The notes below the pieces were generated by a model. It was not told where the DNA came from. It made no database searches and was given only the letters and a program-made list of their open reading frames with translations. A stretch of 62,943 nt of DNA, filler included, from Octopus bimaculoides (Eukaryota): NCBI RefSeq assembly GCF_001194135.2. It is 3 parts of 3 records of this genome, joined end to end, with 100 filler letters (N's around TTAATTAATTAA, not from the genome) between each part and the next. Parts side by side here need not be neighbours in the genome. Positions count along the whole stretch, not along the records: positions 14,360 to 44,805 come from NC_068996.1; 2 more parts are not named here. One strand, given 5' to 3'. Of this stretch, positions 14,435-26,551 are shown one piece after another. Position 1 is the stretch's first letter. Every line of letters starts with the position of its first letter. The position numbers and the translations under genes were made by a program.

Positions 14435-14830
14435 TAGTCTTATTTTTATAACGTGCTTTCACTGCACTACCGAGCGAAGCTCTTTGTGCCTTGGGTATGT
14501 GCTGTGGTTTGTTGCGGTGTTCATATTTTCACTGTATTGAAAGTGTTTTACGTAGGATATGTGCGGTGCCTACTAGTGTTATTTTCTGTGTGTTATATAT
14601 ACTTGTTAGCCCTGGTGTTTTTGTTATGTATTTGTCTGAATATTTTTTTATCATACCTAATGCACCCTACTATGATAGGAATTGCTTCTGTTTTTAGATT
14701 CCACGTTCGAGTTACCTCTATTTCCAGGTCTTTGTATTTTGAAAGTTTCTCCGTTTCTTTTAGAGAAATGTTGTCATCTGTTGGTATTGATACATCGATT
14801 AGAAGGCTTCTTTTTTGTCTTTATTATGGC
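14360..14830 (-). mobile_element. 3' fragment of an R4/Dong-like (restriction-like endonuclease) non-LTR retrotransposon ending in (TAA)n
   Basis: Minus strand reads LIDVSIPTDDNISLKETEKLSKYKDLEIEVTRTWNLKTEAIPIIVG and, after a frameshift, ...GTAHILRKTLSIQ*, matching the RLE C-terminal motif; abuts a pure (TAA)n run at 14360-14431. Confidence 0.8.
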
Positions 14831-15119
14831 TTTTGAACTAAGTCAAGATTTTCTTCTTATCCTTTAGCCTTGTAATTTCCTTAACCTAAATTTACTAGTG
14901 TGACGGAGGTGGGATCGGAGATATCAGGTAACAACATTCAGTGAAATCATTGGGAGTAGTAAGGCCATGTAGATGCTATTGTTAACGTTACACCCAGCGA
15001 TGTGTGTCATTAACAGACACACTGTTATCGCAGCAAGGGTTTGTAATGGATACGCATCGTCAATAAGCAAGTAGTATCACTATGGCAAAAAAGGAGTGCA
15101 AGTAAAACAATACAGAGAT

Positions 15120-15120
15120 A

Positions 15121-15151
<31 letters not shown>

Positions 15152-15172
15152 TGCTGTTGCTGTGTTGTTGAT
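15120..15172. repeat. (CTG/TTG)n microsatellite
   Basis: Directly visible. Confidence 0.9.
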
Positions 15173-15557
15173 GTTGTATAGCCCCAAGTCATCTCTTTAT
15201 CGAAGCAACGACGTTGAAGTGAGACCATTCCGTCACCCTTTTAATGAGCAGGGTGTGATCTGAATGAAATGTGGTTGGTATTTCTAGATAGTCGAATGAC
15301 CACATAGATACCTACCTCAAACTACAATTGCCGTTGTTGTTGTTTAACCTTAACGCAGTCTCATCATCGTTTAAGAGGAATTACAAATGGAACTCCAACG
15401 ATGAGGAATTGTAACTAGATCTCTATTGGTTTCGACAATGAGGATTCAGTTGCTCGATCAACAGAGTATCTTGTTCATTAAATAGCGTATAAGTGAATGA
15501 ATATTCCACTGACCTGCAAACTTTTAACGTAATCCTGAAGTAGAGTTTGGATGAAAC

Positions 15558-15607
<50 letters not shown>

Positions 15608-16633
15608 CGTGTGTGTGGCAGGTAAAGCTGTACCTTTGGATTATTGGGTTATCTCTAAAGATTTTCTATAAAATTCAGTGTCAGCACTGTAAGTTACACG
15701 TTTCCTAAACAAATACATTTATGTAAATAATGTGATCGAAGACAGATAATGGGTATTTCCAGTATTGTCCTCTCATCGGTACCTCGTCCAATTACCAGGA
15801 ATGTATTTAATATGCTAATTGGTCTATCCAGTGATGTTACACAGCTAAAACTAGAAGGTATCTAAACAATGTGTTCGTGGATAGCTGATAGGTTGAATGA
15901 GGTGCTGATGACGGGACAATAATATTCGAGATATTCATATACACCTATACCTCTTATTCTATCTTCGTTCGCATTGTTTACATAGATGTATTTGTTTACG
16001 AAAGCCATAACTTACAGTGCTGGCATTGAATTCTATAAAAAATCTATAGAGATAAACTTAAAATGAAATTAAAGCACTGTTAATACACAGTATTGACTTA
16101 ATAAAACTGTAATATAACTAGTAGTGTATTATGGTAACAAAACGAAATACTGTTACCAATTACCAAATTGAATTTGAATTATAAATATATTTTCTCCAGC
16201 TACGCCCTTTCACTCACTCATACATAAGGCTCGAATCGATCTGAGGCAACAATAGAAAAAACTTGACTAAGATGTCAAGTAGTGGGATCGAACCTAGAAC
16301 CTTCTGGTTGTGAAGCAATCTTCTGAACCATTAGGCCATGCTGTGTTCACAAATGATGGCCAACAATCGATGTTTCGTTTTTTTTTTTCGGTAGAGTGTA
16401 ATGTGTTTCTAGGTGGAGCAAGCGCGAAGATACCCTACTTATTAAGCGAATGACATTTCAAAATTTTCCTTTAAGACAGTCCATTAAGACTTGATTCAAG
16501 CATTTTTTTAAAGACCAGCTTTTACCTTATGTACTTTTTAAAGACTTGTTTTAATACTAATTATTTTTTCGATTTGTTTTTGGACTAGTTTTAAAAATTT
16601 GATTTATATTTTTAACTTTTAGCTTTAACTTCT

Positions 16634-16972
16634 TTCAGGCAATAGACTGCGGCCATGCCGGGGCACCGCCTTGAAGAGTACTTTTTCAGTCGAACGAATC
16701 GACCCCAGTACTTTTTTGTTAAGTCTGGTACTTATTCTATCGAGTTTTTGGCCGAATCGCTAAGTTACGGGGACGTAAACACACCAACACCGGTGACACA
16801 CACACACACAAGGCGTCTTTCAGTTTCCGTCTCCTAAATCCACTTACAAGGCTTTAGTCGGCCAAAGGCTATAGAAGACATTTGCTCAAGGTGCCACGCA
16901 GTGGGTCTGAACCCGGAACCATATGGTTGTGAAGCAAGCTTCTTACCTCACAGCCATCACGCCTGTGCCTAT
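16634..16972 (-). mobile_element. tRNA-derived composite SINE (family 1: tRNA head, central domain, microsatellite, 3' block)
   Basis: Reverse complement is colinear with the copies at 46628 and 49746. Confidence 0.85.
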
Positions 16973-18845
16973 ATACTCTGTTATTCAAAGTTGCTTTTCA
17001 GATATTTCAAAAATTCTTTTCAGGCATTTATATATGGTTGATTGACAACGTCGGACAAAAGAATTTGTGCTGTAGAGTTACATTACTTTACGTTCAGTTT
17101 TCGAACAGCGCACTAGTAGATCTTACTTTTCATTCTTTCGAGGTCGATGAAATAAAATAATTGCCAAACAGAAGGGTCAATAAAATCACCTGTTCCCTAC
17201 CTTCCCGAAAAGAAAACAATTGTTGCGTTGTGCCAGTGTATGAAATCATTATGAGTTTTTTTTCCTTTTAAATAATGTTCTCATATTTACTTTTTAAGAC
17301 TTCTGTATATATACTAGCTTTTTTAAAGATGATTTTACGACTGACTTTTAAGGCGTTCAAGACTAGTTTTAACTAGTTCGGAATATTTGTTTTTAAGACT
17401 TGCTTTTAAGATTTCTGTTCATGATTTCTTTATTAACATTTTTATGACTTCATTTTATGACATGATTTTATTTACGACATTTTTTTATAACGTGTTTTCT
17501 TAAGATTTGTTTGTAAGGCTTCGCTGTTAGCATGTTTTGTAAGGGTTCATTTTTAAAGACTTGTTTGTAAGTGTTCTTTATTGTTACATTTTTAATGACT
17601 CGTTTTAAAGATTTTTCTATGAAGTTCTCTGGTTACACTACGTTTATTGATTATTCGTATTACCATAAATTACACTCCTAAATTTTCTTGAAATTCCAGT
17701 TTGTTTAAAGCAATTTCCTCCACTTTCCATCATTTGATCTAATGAAAAGTTTTCTTGAAATGTGCTTTGTAAACTGTAAACTGTTTTCCCTCTATAAGAA
17801 TGTTTAACTGAGATGAATTTATTTGCCTCGGGTTATTCCGTGCAGACGATTCCAAATAAGAATGAAATAGCGCTATACGTGGCTACCAACGATTGGAAAT
17901 TTTAAGATCTTTATAATGTATAGCAAGAAGTAATATTAAATGTGTATATTCTATAAACCTTTACTTTTTGATTTAAAATTTAAACTTCCAACCCTGTCTC
18001 CCTTATGATAGCTAACTACCAGGAGTACATTACCTGTTTAAATTTCTAACATTATAATGCTGAATGTAATTGCGTTTCTTCTCAGTCTAATGTTTTGCGT
18101 AGTAATGGGGATATAACTTGTTACTTATCGCGAGGCAAAACCTCATCTGTCATCTTCCGTTTCTTTCTCCCCTTTTTTTTCTTAATGTTTTTGCGGGTAG
18201 TGAACGAACCGAGGTTTTATTGTGGAAGCATTCCTGAATGTGTCTTCACTATTTTTAACACGATAGGTTGTGATTTTAAGGGTGATTTGGCTGCAATCTC
18301 TTAAATATTGAGAGTCGGCGTAGAGAGTTCCCTTGCTGGTCGGATTATTGAGTAAACTTGAATGAATTTCATCATCTCTTGTAACAGCAGAATATTGTTA
18401 TTTATCAAGTGGACATTAAAATTTCTTAACCTGTTTATTATTTATGTATCTATGTATATCTGTCTGTCTATCCACATGTGTGTGTACGTACGCAAAAGCA
18501 TACAAAGGTGAGTTAGACAGTAATGCGATTTTTGCTTGCATTACTTTGACTCACCCATGTACATATACACATAAATGCAAACATACATGTGTGTGAATAT
18601 CTATCTATATATCTATCTATCTAACAAAGTATGGGGGTTTAGTTCACAGGTATCTAAACGATTAGGTACGCTAGTTAAGTGCTGTAACAGATTGCTAGGG
18701 CCCCAAGGTTGTAACCGAGACAGTAGTTATGGCGCTATTGCAGATTTCCGATACAGCGGATATATAATTGTTAAAGAGGACAGCAAACGTTTAGGCGAGG
18801 CAAACATTTCAAGTCATATACATTATTATTAGTGGAAAAAATTCA

Positions 18846-18907
18846 GAGTCTTACAGCTGTTTCTGGAATATCTCAGAGTATGGGATATTCCGTCATCAGA
18901 GAGACAA
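18846..18907 (-). ncRNA. Minimal type I hammerhead ribozyme motif (Penelope-type), probably decayed
   Basis: Minus strand: tct-CTGATGA-c-GGAATATC-loop-GATATTCC-a-GAAA-CAGCT-GTA-aga; 8-bp stem II; palindromic stem III ACAGCTGT. Confidence 0.65.
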
Positions 18908-21888
18908 ATAGGCAAAATGAGGAGCGTATAGATTAATGAAAGGACGACATAGAGGACAGAAGTAAAGAAATAAGGAGAGGAAGAAAGAGAGAGAAAAAGA
19001 AGCATAAAAGTTCACAGTTCAACTATCCATCCATCTATCTATCTATCTATCTATCTAGGCGCAGTGCTTCCCAATCACATGATTTTTAGTTCAATTCCAT
19101 TGCGTGTTACCTTGGGCAAATGTCTTCTACTATAGCCTCAGCCGATCAAAGCCTTGTGAGTGGATTTCGAAAACTGAAAGAATTATAATATATANNNNNN
19201 NNNNNNNNNNNNNNNNNNNNNNNNNNNNNNNNNNNNNNNNNNNNNNNNNNNNNNNNNNNNNNNNNNNNNNNNNNNNNNNNNNNNNNNNNNNNNNNNNNNN
19301 NNNNNNNNNNNNNNNNNNNNNNNNNNNNNNNNNNNNNNNNNNNNNNNNNNNNNNNNNNNNNNNNNNNNNNNNNNNNNNNNNNNNNNNNNNNNNNNNNNNN
19401 NNNNNNNNNNNNNNNNNNNNNNNNNNNNNNNNNNNNNNNNNNNNNNNNNNNNNNNNNNNNNNNNNNNNNNNNNNNNNNNNNNNNNNNNNNNNNNNNNNNN
19501 NNNNNNNNNNNNNNNNNNNNNNNNNNNNNNNNNNNNNNNNNNNNNNNNNNNNNNNNNNNNNNNNNNNNNNNNNNNNNNNNNNNNNNNNNNNNNNNNNNNN
19601 NNNNNNNNNTGTCTCTTAAAGGATAGAGCTCAAAATCAATGCATTGAAGATACTTTATTGCAGCAACAATTATAATAACAGAAACAACCACAATAAGCCA
19701 AACCTATGCACATTTCAATAGGGTATACTGGATAAATAAACCACATCATAAGATGTCTCGTAAAATATTGTAACAAATTACAACATATTACAAATTTCTC
19801 GATACTCCATCTCTTCAGGGTCGCATTATTGCCATCACCAATACTACTATTATTAGCAAAACACACACATCATCCAAGAGGGTGAAAGAATAATCGACGG
19901 CACGCAACCTACCATCGTTATTTTCTTACAGAATGTATATATATAAATATATATATGTGTGTGTGTGTGTGTGTGTATACACACGCACGTATGTGTACAC
20001 GTGTACCTTCTTTGAGGTAAACCTCAAGGGCAGAATCAGTATGACCGTTTGTGTTACAAGGCTTCACCTTTGATCTTCCGGTACAATTCGATCCAATGGA
20101 GTTTCGCTTAGTCTCTGTCTGCCTAATTCCACTCACAAAACCTTAGGTCGACTCAAGGCTGCAGGAATATACACTTCCCCAAGATATTACCCGGGTCTTC
20201 GTAATATACGAAGTCATGCTTAACAAAAACTTTAACCGACAAGAACAGCAGTAGCGGTGACAGTAACATCTGTAGTCGCTGTTGTTGTTGTAGATTAGAT
20301 GCCTTTTAGTTGTGAATAGTTGTTTATTGATTTAAAATGTTCTATGAATTTTTCTTACCATTTGTTATTAAATAAAATGAGCAAATGACCATATGAGTGG
20401 CTCAGTTTAAAATTTTAAAGAATATCAGCATCTTCTTGGTCCCCTATAAAGCAACGCAAATCGGCAGCATCATTTAGACGTTTGATTGAATACTTTTAGT
20501 ATTCGTATCGACAGACTGCGCTGTGAATCAACTATTTCACAAAATCGACAAATAATGCACCAGTTTATACTGGGGTCGATTATTCTTTCTTAATTTCTTT
20601 CTCAAGGAAACTTGCTGTTTTCATACGTTATGAGAGATGGGCTCTGCCAAGTTTAAGAAGTCCAAAGCACACCATAATGTCAAAGATGGCGGCCCTGCGA
20701 ATCTATTAAGACATGAAGGTCTAAAGTAAAACAGAAGTTTTCTATTATAATTCTAATTATATTCAGGTTGTGTTTTAGGAATAGAAATCAACTCAGTACT
20801 TGACTTATTTGGGCGAAACAATGTGGTGTTCGTCTTCTAATTTATTTACGTTCATATCTAGAATTTATTACAGCAATATAAATAGACAGTTACTTAGTTT
20901 TATCAACTCCACCCCTCGGAAAAAAATAAAAGACAAACTTGATCTCATGGAAATTTGAACTCAGAACGTAGAGTTATCAGGTCAGAGACATTATTAAATT
21001 CTTGAATAAGGACAGTTTCTCGTTTATTGTTTTTTAGAGAAACAATAGGTTAGAAAATGTCGACGGATATTAATGCGTGACTAGTTCTGTTTTATGGTAT
21101 TTTTGAATTACTTTTCTTTTTCTCATTTATAACAATAAAACTTGTATATTCAGTAACGCCCAAGACACACACCGAATAACATTATCAAGTATATTTTATA
21201 TGAATAAACCAATAAATATACTTTATATAAACATACTTGATGAAATAAATAACAAAACTAAAGAAGCCAGCCTTGGATTCTCAACGTGGTCGCTTGAAAT
21301 TCTAGAAATAGCATTCATATAATTTCCTCAAACGTCTTAAATGTAGCTTCTAATATAACAAAAAGGCAAGACGGCTTAGCGGCATTTCGTCCGTCTTTAC
21401 GTTCTGAGTTCAAATACCGCTGAGGTCGACTTTGCTTTTTTACCTTTCGGGGTCGATAAAATGAGTACCAGTTATGTACAGGGGTCAATGTAATCGACTT
21501 ACTCCCTCCTCAGAAATTGCTGACCTTATGTTAAAATTTGAAACCAATATAACAAAAAGATGAGTTGGTCATGAATGGAATGCTTTTGACTTCTTCTTTG
21601 CTCAATAACGAGGAATGAGCATCTCTGAATGAAGGAGTTTCTACGTGCTTGGTTTGCTAGAAATAATAACCAAATTTCCCTCACATAATATCCTGTTATT
21701 TCGAAAAAGACAAAAAGGCTTTTATAGACAATGAAGTCTCTGATGTACAAAAAGACGGGATGGTCACAACTAGAACGCCTTTGATCGATAAGAGAAAACC
21801 TGGAACTAAACAACAGTAACAACACGAGCAACAACAGTAATAACAAGAGCATTCAAAGAGCGCAAACATCCGACAAGGCAACACCAAC

Positions 21889-23181
21889 GTCCTCAATTTT
21901 TTTATTATCCACAAGGTGCTAAAAATAGAGGATATAAATTACAAAAGACAATACAAAACATATAATTGGGAAATATAAATACAAAAAAGAAATCGAGCTA
22001 GGAAGAAAAAATAAAAAGAAACGAATGAAATTATGAAAGTGATAAAATGAGGCGCAACGTCCACTCGACCCCCGGAGGCGAGTGGTTACATTTGGACATT
22101 ATTTTGGACAGTTTTCCCTTTTTTTCTTAAATTTAAAAAAGTTCATATCTTCATTTTTTTTTTATATATTGTTCATATTTCTTTGGATCTTTAAAATCTT
22201 TATATACAGTTACGGGTGGTAGGGTATCAAACCACACCGGCGCGCCCAATGAAGTTATATAGCTCAATATAAACATATAATCGGGAAATATAAATATAAA
22301 AAAGAAATCGAGCTAGGAAGAAAAAATAAAAAGAAACGAATGGAATTATAAAAGTGATAAAATGAGGCGCAACGTCCACTCGGCCCCCGGAGGCGAGTGG
22401 TTACATTTGGACATTACTTTGGACAGTTTTTCCCTTTTTTTCTTAAATTTAAAAAAGTTCACATCTTCATTTTTTTTTATATATCGTTCACGTTTTTTTT
22501 TTAATTCTTAAAACCTTTACATTTAATTACGGGTGGTAGGATATCAAACCACCCCGGCCCGCCCAATAAAGTTATATAGCTCAATATTATACATTTTTCT
22601 TCTCCCTTAAAATTCTCCCTGGGTAGTTTCACCCTTATTTCTCCTTTCCAATTGGATATCCTCCTTTCCACATCTACATCCTATTAGTAGTAAATTACGG
22701 ATGCTTTGTTTTTCAACCCGTGCTTTATCTTCTCTTCCACCGTTTCTTTCTCTCTTGGTTCCGTTTCTACTGTCTGCGTATGCTTGAAAATAGGCGGCTC
22801 CTTACCTTTTTTGGAAGTCCTTTCTGTTTCTGCAGTTGGTCCTTGTGAGTGTCCTCTTGATTTCGCCTTCTTTCTCCTTTAGGGGCTGACAAACCCCAAC
22901 TCATTTTTATCTGTTTCACTAGCAACGGCGTAGCTGCTCTCATTGCAGTGACTTTTGCATAGCTTTCCATAATGAAAAGCTAATTTTTCACCCCAACAAT
23001 GGGGAGAAAAATAAGCAAAAAAAAAAAAACAAACAATTACGCGCAAGTTGCTTCAACAACAATTTCAACAGTGATACAAACCAACCCCAACAATGGACAA
23101 TCTCAACGACAAAGCCTTCAACAATCCAACCGTGGTAAAAAATGACGAAATTCAAACAAACAAGTTGTTACTCTGAGACGG
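21889..23181 (-). mobile_element. ORF1-only (gag-like) non-autonomous retroelement, copy A
   Basis: 5' end ccgtctcagagtaacaac; ORF start MESYAKVT at 22970 fused to the ORF1 C-terminal part; 3' UTR ending AATAAAAAAATTGAGGAC; internal ~315-bp tandem duplication; no RT or endonuclease. Confidence 0.7.
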
Positions 23182-23361
23182 CGTGGACCACTGAAGTTAT
23201 ATAGCTCAATATCATACATTTTTCTTCTCCCGTAAAATTCTTCCTGGGCAGTTTCACCCTTATTACTCCTTTCCATTTGGATATCCTCCTTTCCACATCT
23301 ACATCCTATTAGTAGTAAATTATGTATGCTTTATTTTTCAACCCATACTTTATCTTCTCTG

Positions 23362-24379
23362 CCACAAGGGGTTAAATAGAGTTTACATATTATAAAGACA
23401 ATACAAAACACTTAATCGGGGAAATAAAAATACAAAAAGAAATCGAGCAAGGAAAAAAAAAAATAAAAGAACGAGTTAGAATATGAAAATGATAAAATGA
23501 GGCGCAATGCCCACTCGATCCCCGAAGTCGAGTGGTTACATTTAGTCATTATTTTGGACAGTTTTTACCTCTTCTTTTTCTTAAATTAAAAAGTTCACCT
23601 CTTCATCTTTTTTTTTTAATATTGTTCATATCATATTTTATTTTTTTTTTCTAAAATTTTTCAACTCTACATGTTCCACCACGGGCGGCAGGGTATCATA
23701 CCACACCGGCCTGTCAACCATAGGCACCAATTCTCCATATGAATTCATGAACGTGTCGTATCTATCGTCATTCAATCAAACACATCTTTCATCCTCCTTG
23801 AATTTCTCCCTGGACAGCTTCACCCTTACTAATCCTTTCCACTTGGATATTCTCCTTTCCACTTGGATATTCTCCTTTCCACATCGGCACTCTTTTCATA
23901 GTAGACTAAGAACGTCATATGTCTAAATTCTTTCTCTCTTGATTCCGTCTCTAAGCGTACGCTTGAATTTAGGCGGCTCCCAACCTGTTTCTGTTGCTGG
24001 TCCTTGCAAGTGTTCTCTTTATTTCGCCTTTTTTCCCCTTTTGGGGCTGACAAACCCCTCACTCCCTTCATTTTCCGCTTTCGTTCCGTCTTCCAACGGC
24101 TTCACTTCCTCTGTAACTCTGGCGCACTCCATATCGCTTTTGCCGTCTCCATGTTCTATTGCTTCGATTGGTACTCCAACCTCCACTTCTTCTTGGTTCC
24201 TCTCCACAGCCTTCTCACTCTGAGGAGGCTTCTGCTTGGGGCATTGCGTCCTCATATGGCATCTCACTACACATTCGTAGCAATTTCGGTCGACGGCCCT
24301 CAACAATTACTTTGAGGGAACTTTCTCCCGCATTCTCTATTTTGGAGACTTAAACAAACAAGTTGTTACTCTGAGACGG
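23362..24379 (-). mobile_element. ORF1-only non-autonomous retroelement, copy B
   Basis: Same 5' terminus as copy A; degenerate CCHC knuckle CYECVVRCHMRTQC; same 3' UTR. Confidence 0.7.
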
Positions 24380-24383
24380 TGAT

Positions 24384-25750
24384 GTCCTCAATTTTTTATT
24401 ATCCACAAGGGGCTAAAATATGGAGGTTACACATTACAAAGACAATACAAAACATATAATCGGGGAAATAAACATACAAAAAGAAATCGAGCAAGGAAGA
24501 AAAGCTAAAAAGAAACGAATGAAATTATGAAAATGATAAAATGAGGCGCAATGCCCACTCGATCTCCAAAGTCGAGTGGTTACATTTAGACATTATTTTG
24601 GACAGTTTTTTTCTTCTTTTTTTCCCCCTTTTTTTTTAAAACAAAATGTTCACATCTTCATAATTTTTTTTTATATTGTTCATATTATATTTTATGTGGA
24701 GGTGCAATGACCCAGTGGTTAGGGCAGCGGACTCGCGGTCATAGGATTGCGGTTTCGATTCCCAGACCGGGCTTTGTGAGTGTTTATTGAGCGAAAACAC
24801 CTAAAGCTCCACGAGGTTCCGGCAGGGGATGGTGGCGAACCCTGCTGTACTCTTTCACCACAACTTTCTCTCACTCTTACTTCCTGTTTCATTTGTGCCT
24901 GTAATTCAAAGGGCCAGCTTTGTCACACTGTGTCACGCTGAATATCCCCGAGAACTACATTAAGGGTACACGTGTCTGTGGAGTGTTCAGCCACTTGCAC
25001 GCTAATTTCACGTGTTCCGTTGATCGGATTAACTGGAACCCTCTACGTCGTAAGTGACGGAGTGCCAACAACAACAATTATATTTTATATATTTAAAAAA
25101 AATTTTGTAACTGTTTTTGTTCAATTACGGGTAGTAGGTTATCAAACCACACCAGCCCGTCAACTGAAATCAAAAATTCTACATATGAACGCGTCGTATC
25201 GATCATCATCCAATAGTACACACCCTTCCTCCTCCTTAAATTCCCTCCTTGGGCAGCAGCTTCACTCTCATCACTCCCTTCCACTTGGAAATTCTCCTTT
25301 CCACATCTACACCCTTCTGATAATAGATTATAGTACCTTGTTTTTATATCTGTGCTGTACCTTCTCTTACACCAATTCTTTCTCTCTTGGATCCGTTTCT
25401 ATTGTCTGCGTATGCTTGAAAATAAGCGGCTCCCTACCCTTTTGGGGCGTCCTGTCTGTTTCTGCCGCTAGTCCTTGCGAGTGTTCTCTTGATTTCGCCT
25501 TCTTCCTCCTTTTGGGGCTGACAAACTCGTCACTCCCCTCCTTTGCCGCTTTCGTTCTGTCTTCCTTCGTCTTTACTTCTTCTGTATTTCTGACGCACTT
25601 CGTATCGCTTTTGCCGTCTCTGTCTTTCATAGCTTCAATTTGTACTCCAATTTCCACTTTTTGGTCTTTTTCCACAGCCTTCTCTGAGAAGGTTTGTGTT
25701 TAGGGCACTGCGTCCTCATATGGCCTGTCACTCCGCATTCGTAACAATTT
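24384..25750 (-). mobile_element. ORF1-only non-autonomous retroelement, copy C (5'-truncated, interrupted by a SINE)
   Basis: Intact CX2CX4HX4C knuckle CYECGVTGHMRTQC near 25705-25746; same 3' terminus as copy A, lying 4 bp from the 5' end of copy B. Confidence 0.7.
24696..25076 (+). mobile_element. Full-length tRNA-derived SINE (family 3) with 12-bp TSD
   Basis: A/B boxes, (AAC)n tail, TSD ATTATATTTTAT at 24684-24695 and 25077-25088. Confidence 0.92.
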
Positions 25751-26551
25751 TCTCTTCATATACAGAATGTATAGAAGACCGAGGTTAGGTAAAATTAGCT
25801 TGATATGGCCAATAAATGTATGTTATTAAGGTATTAGTTTTAAGTTCAGGTAATTCTCCATCCCTAATGTTAACAAAATTAACAGCTTTTCGTTATACTT
25901 AATGTTTGGGTCGTCATCGCATGGACAGGACGAGTACCAACCGACTTCTTTTGCAACTATGCTCTGAGTTTGAGTTTGAGGTGTGAAATACTTTCTTTCA
26001 ACAAAAGGAGGATCTTTTCCTTTTCATGGGCAACTTAATTTATTTTCTTTAACTAAACACTTTGAAACTTCGGATACTGGTTGAATGTGTCATATAGAAC
26101 ATCTTTTACTCTTAGCGTTGTTGAGAAAAGTTTGTATTTTCGAAGTTATTTCGTGTTAAAGTTGTCGTATTTCGGTAATTTCAACCAATCAATGACCTGT
26201 ATTCAGCTGAATAAAATTACTGCTGTTGTTTGTCAACAACAACTTCCGGTGGTGTATATTTCGTTTGTCACTGTTATTTATGACATATTTCATCTCAGTT
26301 ACGTTTGTATGAATAAACGAGTGTATCTGAAGCACGTTTACCTCATGACACCACCACAATCGTTCGTGCATTTCTACTGCTTTTAGTTTCTTTTTCCTGT
26401 TTTTTAGCTACTATTTTCGGAAAGACTTCCTCCCGTCCCCCCATTTTCTCACAAATATTATTTAAAAAAATTTTTTTTGCCAAAAACCCAAATTTTCGGA
26501 TACTGAGATTCCTGACTGAAGTCGCATTTTTGGGTGAGCAAATTTTGATCT

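Noticed and set aside
20682-20696. YY1-like AAGATGGCGGC motif suggesting a promoter
   Set aside because: Isolated motif with no CpG-rich region or following exon
24972-25703. 243-aa plus-strand ORF (likewise 34895-35479 and 54110-54358)
   Set aside because: Antisense shadows of transposon or deltex coding sequence
21889-25750. CRISPR-like or satellite interpretation of the repeated units
   Set aside because: Units are about 1 kb, carry ORF remnants and poly(A)-signal ends; there is no short repeat-spacer structure and the context is eukaryotic
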